Positions 59,623 to 64,000 of a stretch of DNA of 64,000 nt are shown in pieces. Numbering within the stretch: the first letter of the stretch is position 1; each line of letters begins with the position of its first letter. Source of the DNA: a virus; the IMG/VR virus record IMGVR_UViG_3300032268_000973, positions 1 through 64,000 of that record; one strand, 5' to 3'. The notes below the pieces were generated by a model. It did not search any database, was not told the origin of the DNA, and saw nothing but the letters and a program-made list of their open reading frames with translations. A program made the translations under genes and the position numbers.

Positions 59623-60531
59623 ATGGCAATTGGATCATATGGCACCATAAGACCTTCAGATGTTTCTCCTGCAGATGTAGAAATCATTTTGAATTATACG
59701 CCAACAAGAGATGTTACAGATCAATTTGTTCTGTCAAAATTGGATGCACAGACGATATTAAGACCTTATTTCGCTAACAGCGAAACTGGAGGAACACCTG
59801 GTGTTGAAGTTTTGGGAGGATTATACAACCTGACTTTACCCGCAAATCAATTCAACGCTTTGGGGATATATACACTATATCTAAGACCTGCTGAAATTAG
59901 AACAGTAATAACTGATTGCGGTGTTCTTAGTGCGTTACCTAATGTAAAAGGTATTGTCATTGACATTACTGACGTTCCTACACAATATCAAAACAAATTT
60001 GTCCCTCAGGGATTAGTTGGTTTTAGAATTGAATACTTGAATCCTGATGGATCAAGAATTCCTAATTTCTTCAGAGTAGTTACATCTTCTTTCTTTTGTG
60101 AACCTGTGGTAACAAACGAAGTTAACACAACACAAAAAGCAATAAGATATAGATATGTTGATGGAGATTCTAATTTAATATTTTTGACACTGTCACCATC
60201 TTCATCACCAACAAACAAACCAAACGCCACTCCATATATTGGACAGCCTGATCAGAATATTATTATTACAAATACTTTTTTCAATCCTGTGACTGTCGAA
60301 ATAGAAATGGTTGAATACGATATTTCGTCTCTTGCTATTGCTCTATTTGGAAATCAGACTAAATCGATTGATGATGGTATCTACACAATCTACGATTCTA
60401 ACGACAACATATACAGACAATACAATCTTTATGAAATTAGAGATCAGTTTAATGCTCTTCTATATGAGGTTAGACAGAGTAGAGGAAATAATATTGATTT
60501 CAGTAAAAACTTTACAAATATAACTAGTTAA
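59623..60531 (+). CDS. Probable structural protein
   Basis: 302 aa, with the upstream motif and TAATG coupling to the next gene. Confidence 0.6.
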   Translation: MAIGSYGTIRPSDVSPADVEIILNYTPTRDVTDQFVLSKLDAQTILRPYFANSETGGTPGVEVLGGLYNLTLPANQFNALGIYTLYLRPAEIRTVITDCGVLSALPNVKGIVIDITDVPTQYQNKFVPQGLVGFRIEYLNPDGSRIPNFFRVVTSSFFCEPVVTNEVNTTQKAIRYRYVDGDSNLIFLTLSPSSSPTNKPNATPYIGQPDQNIIITNTFFNPVTVEIEMVEYDISSLAIALFGNQTKSIDDGIYTIYDSNDNIYRQYNLYEIRDQFNALLYEVRQSRGNNIDFSKNFTNITS

Positions 60532-63518
60532 TGGCGACTACTCAGCAAACTACAAAGTTTTTTTATCCACCTCGACCTGGAAGTGGAGCACAAACCTTCT
60601 CTGACAACATTGTTGGACTACAGACTGTTGAAGGAGGTGGATTGACGCAAGGCAACTTTGAGTTTACAACTTCAGTTGTTGAAAAGGTAGATAGAACCTT
60701 TAATGTTGGGGCGTTTTCCGAGCCTATAAACTTGGACGATCTCAATATTACTGATGTTAACGAAAGTAGAAGAATTTTAGCAACCCAATTCAGAGTTTAC
60801 CCAAACTACGATGTTTCTCAGGTCTTGAACTTTTCGATGTATGGTTCTCTGAGCAAAAGGTTTCAAGTTTCTGTAACTGAAATAATCCATAGATTTCCAG
60901 CATCGTTAGACATACAGTTCAACAATTCATCATTTGAAACAGGAGCAACTGCAACCAACATTTCATATGATTCTGTGTTAGATGAAACAACCTTTAGAGT
61001 GAATGTATCGAGAATAAATAATCCTTTCGATATCGATTATTCTATAAGCGCGTCAACTAATTTATCGGTGAGAGAAATCATAGTTTCTCCTTATAGAAAT
61101 TTATACAATACTTATTTGGACTATTGTGTTGCGGTGAATGATAACATTTTCAATTTAGCATCATTCACACCATCTCCAACATTATCTACAGGATTTGTGG
61201 AGTTCATAGTTTCAGGATCACCATTCGGAAAAACTGCAACAACATTCTTTGAAAATTTTCAAATAAGACCAAATGATTTTATTGTTGATAAAATATTTGC
61301 AGAAAACTTCGATGAAGTTCAAAAGTTCTTATTGAACCGACTTATTAGACCAGAATATACTGCGGTATTCCAAGTTCCACAACAAAATGAAATAGGTCAA
61401 TTTTTTACAAATTATCAACAAGTTACTTGGCCAAAAGAAGGTGTTTGGAACTTGGACATTAAGTCTTTCTTATTTGAAAATTATCTAACAAAACTTGAAG
61501 AAATTGCGGTAAACTTGGATTCGTTCAAAACCAATTTGATTTCAAGATTTTTGATTACAGATTCATTGAAAGAATTTGATACTTTGGGTCAAAAGGCTGA
61601 AAAGATATTTCAAATTTATGGACGAAGTTTTGATCAGATAAAACAATTTATTGACGCTTTGGCATATATGAACTCGGTGAGTTACAACGCATCGAATGAT
61701 ATTCCATCACAATTACTTGTAAATTTAGCCCAAACACTTGGGTGGAGTTCAAACTTTTCGCCTATCACAAATGAAGATTTTTTAAGCTCAGTTTTTGGAA
61801 ATACATCCACACCAACATATCCTGGATATGCTAGAGCCTTGACTCCAACTGAGTTGAACTATGCGTTCTATCGTAATCTTATTCTAAACGCGTCCTATTT
61901 GTTCAAATCAAAAGGAACTAGACGGTCAGTTGAATTTATGTTGAGACTGATTGGAGCACCTGATTCTTTGATTGAATTCAATGAACACATATATCTTGCT
62001 GATCAAAAAATAAATATGGACCAGTTTGATGTTCAATGGGCGGCAATATCAGGGGGAACATATGTTAATACCGTTCCTGCTTATTTGCCTGGATCAACAT
62101 ATAAAATAAAGGGGCAAACTTTTAGTGCGTTTACTTCATCAGCAACGTATGAAGATGTTAATACACAGTTGGATGATTATCCTGTTGATGTTGAGGGATT
62201 TCCTAAAGCTCCTGTGAATACTGAATCATATTTCTTTCAGTTGGGTGCGGGTTGGTATGAATCAACACCATCTCACAGAAGTCCTGATGAAGTGGTAATT
62301 ACTGGAAATGTTTATACAGGGCAAAATTTTGATGTCCAAAGTCAGTTAACACCATTCACTTATGGACAACCATATTTGAATAGATTCCGAGATTTCCCTT
62401 TCATGACAGAAGGGTTCAAATTAAGAAAAATTGTTGATAATAATAAATCTTGGTTAGAGAATGATGATAAGATAAGAATATCAACCAATGCTGATTATAA
62501 CGCTTATTATTTTGTCGACAATGAAAAATTAGTGTTGAACGTAAAGAATGTGGATTTGTTTTTGAATCCATCACAAGGTTTAGTTTATGATGTTTGGGAT
62601 CAATCAAGAAGATATGATTATCCGATACCTGAATCAGGTTTAACTATTGGTTATCCAGTTCCTGGTGGTGTAGATTCAACATTTGTGAAACCAGAGCCTA
62701 AGAAAAAGACATTCTTTGAATTCTCTCAGACTTTTTGGGAGAATATGATCAATGTTAGAAACCGACAATACATAACAGATGGTAAAACAGGTGGATATCC
62801 GACACTTCAATCCATTTTTTGGAAATACATTGAATCTCAAGAGACCGTTGGATTACCGAACAACAAATACACTTATCAAAAGTTAATTGATTATGTTAAC
62901 GGAATCGGCCCATTTTGGATGAAGTTAGTTGAACAAATGATTCCAGCAACAACTTTATGGAATACGGGAGTCAAAATGGAAAACTCTATTTTCCAACGTC
63001 AGAAATTTGTTTACAGAAGGCAAAGAGGATGTCAATTTATTCCTGTTCCCGTTGATCCATGTTTTATTATTTCAAATATTTTTGATTATACCTGTACGAC
63101 TGAATATGTTGACTTCAATATCTATCCGTGGTTGAATGGGGATGTTACAGTGAGTAATTTTAATAGTATTTTATCCAATAGGGTAAATAATATGTTAAGT
63201 CAGAGTGGTCTAACACTTAATGATTGTATTCAGAATTCGGTTGAAAGCAATTGGTATGTAGATTTGAGAATTGACAATCAAATTTTGATTCAAGAATTAT
63301 TTTATACGGGATATGGTTTGAATGATGTTCCAACAAATACAATGTGGAGAAATGCTTTGATTCAATATCTTCCTCAATTATATGATTATGGATACACCTA
63401 TTTCTTAAATGGTAATTTTTTAACAATTACAAGTCTGACTTGCACAGAAAGAAATATAAATGAAACGCTTTCACTCAACTCTGGGATAAATATAGGTATA
63501 AACTGTTCGACTAACTAA
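60531..63518 (+). CDS. Baseplate wedge protein (gp7 / P2 gpI-like)
   Basis: LLVNLAQTLGW and YLFKSKGTRRSVEFMLRLIG motifs. Confidence 0.7.
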   Translation: MATTQQTTKFFYPPRPGSGAQTFSDNIVGLQTVEGGGLTQGNFEFTTSVVEKVDRTFNVGAFSEPINLDDLNITDVNESRRILATQFRVYPNYDVSQVLNFSMYGSLSKRFQVSVTEIIHRFPASLDIQFNNSSFETGATATNISYDSVLDETTFRVNVSRINNPFDIDYSISASTNLSVREIIVSPYRNLYNTYLDYCVAVNDNIFNLASFTPSPTLSTGFVEFIVSGSPFGKTATTFFENFQIRPNDFIVDKIFAENFDEVQKFLLNRLIRPEYTAVFQVPQQNEIGQFFTNYQQVTWPKEGVWNLDIKSFLFENYLTKLEEIAVNLDSFKTNLISRFLITDSLKEFDTLGQKAEKIFQIYGRSFDQIKQFIDALAYMNSVSYNASNDIPSQLLVNLAQTLGWSSNFSPITNEDFLSSVFGNTSTPTYPGYARALTPTELNYAFYRNLILNASYLFKSKGTRRSVEFMLRLIGAPDSLIEFNEHIYLADQKINMDQFDVQWAAISGGTYVNTVPAYLPGSTYKIKGQTFSAFTSSATYEDVNTQLDDYPVDVEGFPKAPVNTESYFFQLGAGWYESTPSHRSPDEVVITGNVYTGQNFDVQSQLTPFTYGQPYLNRFRDFPFMTEGFKLRKIVDNNKSWLENDDKIRISTNADYNAYYFVDNEKLVLNVKNVDLFLNPSQGLVYDVWDQSRRYDYPIPESGLTIGYPVPGGVDSTFVKPEPKKKTFFEFSQTFWENMINVRNRQYITDGKTGGYPTLQSIFWKYIESQETVGLPNNKYTYQKLIDYVNGIGPFWMKLVEQMIPATTLWNTGVKMENSIFQRQKFVYRRQRGCQFIPVPVDPCFIISNIFDYTCTTEYVDFNIYPWLNGDVTVSNFNSILSNRVNNMLSQSGLTLNDCIQNSVESNWYVDLRIDNQILIQELFYTGYGLNDVPTNTMWRNALIQYLPQLYDYGYTYFLNGNFLTITSLTCTERNINETLSLNSGINIGINCSTN

Positions 63519-64000
63519 TGGCCTTGAATTATAACATAACGGTAACTGGAGATTGTAGTAACAACAATTCAGGGGCATTTAATTTATATGTCAGTGGGGG
63601 TACACCTCCATACACTGTGCAATTCACTGACCCTGTTTATGCGTCACAAACTTTTACATTACAACCCGCTTCATTGGCTGGATTGGCAAGTAGAGTTTAT
63701 TATATGAGGGTTAACGATAGTAGCCTACCTGTCAACGAACAATTTTTACTTAATATACCAATATCGAGTGGTGTCTGCGGTTCAATAGTTTCCACCAAGA
63801 ATACCACATGTGGATTAAATAATGGATCGGTAACAGGGTCTTCAACATCTCTTTATTCATCTACAAATTTTTATTTGTATGGCATTAATAATAACTATTT
63901 AGCTTCAGCATCCACTAATACAAATGAAGCAGTTTTTGGATCGTTGAGTGCTGGAACTTATTATTTGGGTGTTAGAGATCTAGGAGGGTGTACCGCTTTC
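63518..64000 (+). CDS. SprB-repeat (Ig-like) protein, N-terminal part (3' end lies outside the window), absent from the ORF track
   Basis: Hand translation gives MALNYNITVTGDCSNNNSGAFNLYVSGGTPPYTV...TTCGLNNGSVT...GSLSAGTYYLGVRDLGGCTAF, open to the window edge. Confidence 0.75.
   Translation, partial: MALNYNITVTGDCSNNNSGAFNLYVSGGTPPYTVQFTDPVYASQTFTLQPASLAGLASRVYYMRVNDSSLPVNEQFLLNIPISSGVCGSIVSTKNTTCGLNNGSVTGSSTSLYSSTNFYLYGINNNYLASASTNTNEAVFGSLSAGTYYLGVRDLGGCTAF

Noticed and set aside
10413-63426. Numerous 60-140 aa antisense or alternative-frame ORFs inside long genes
   Set aside because: They are fully nested in well-supported genes, show no recognisable motifs, and are expected by chance.
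1-64000. Stop-codon reassignment as in some jumbo phages
   Set aside because: The standard code gives long intact genes with dense packing, and TAA, TGA and TAG all end recognisable proteins at expected positions.
1-64000. tRNA, rRNA, integrase or transposase genes
   Set aside because: None were recognised. Intergenic gaps are short and explained by terminators and promoter motifs.

Overview
This 64 kb window comes from a large, AT-rich myovirus (T4-like/jumbo phage). A Bacteroidota host is plausible but inferred only. From 5' to 3' it holds: the end of a G-S/T-S repeat tail fibre with its chaperone and Thr/Pro mucin-like proteins; a translationally coupled cassette of four glycosyltransferases; a family B DNA polymerase; a minus-strand block (gp13-like neck protein, Mn-type superoxide dismutase fused to a nuclease-like domain, SNF2 helicase); and neck/tail terminator, sheath, HAD hydrolase, tube, tail chaperone, tape measure and giant baseplate hub genes. 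An inserted replication cassette follows (gp32-like SSB, RecA/UvsX, 5'-3' exonuclease, DnaB-like helicase, nrdB, nrdA), then a second baseplate cluster (gp25, gp6, gp7-like, PKD and SprB-repeat proteins). Three small genes missing from the ORF track were found by hand: a Zn-ribbon protein, a ribbon-helix-helix protein and an ATG-less tail chaperone extension. The strongest leads are a candidate phage-encoded mucin-type O-glycosylation system, a set of putative capsid-packaged cargo proteins marked by prohead-protease-like sites (including the SOD-nuclease fusion), a candidate +1/-2 programmed frameshift before the tape measure gene, and a recurring TATTTAT(A) upstream motif that is the reverse complement of the T4 late promoter. 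All family assignments come from motif recognition by eye; no database searches were run.
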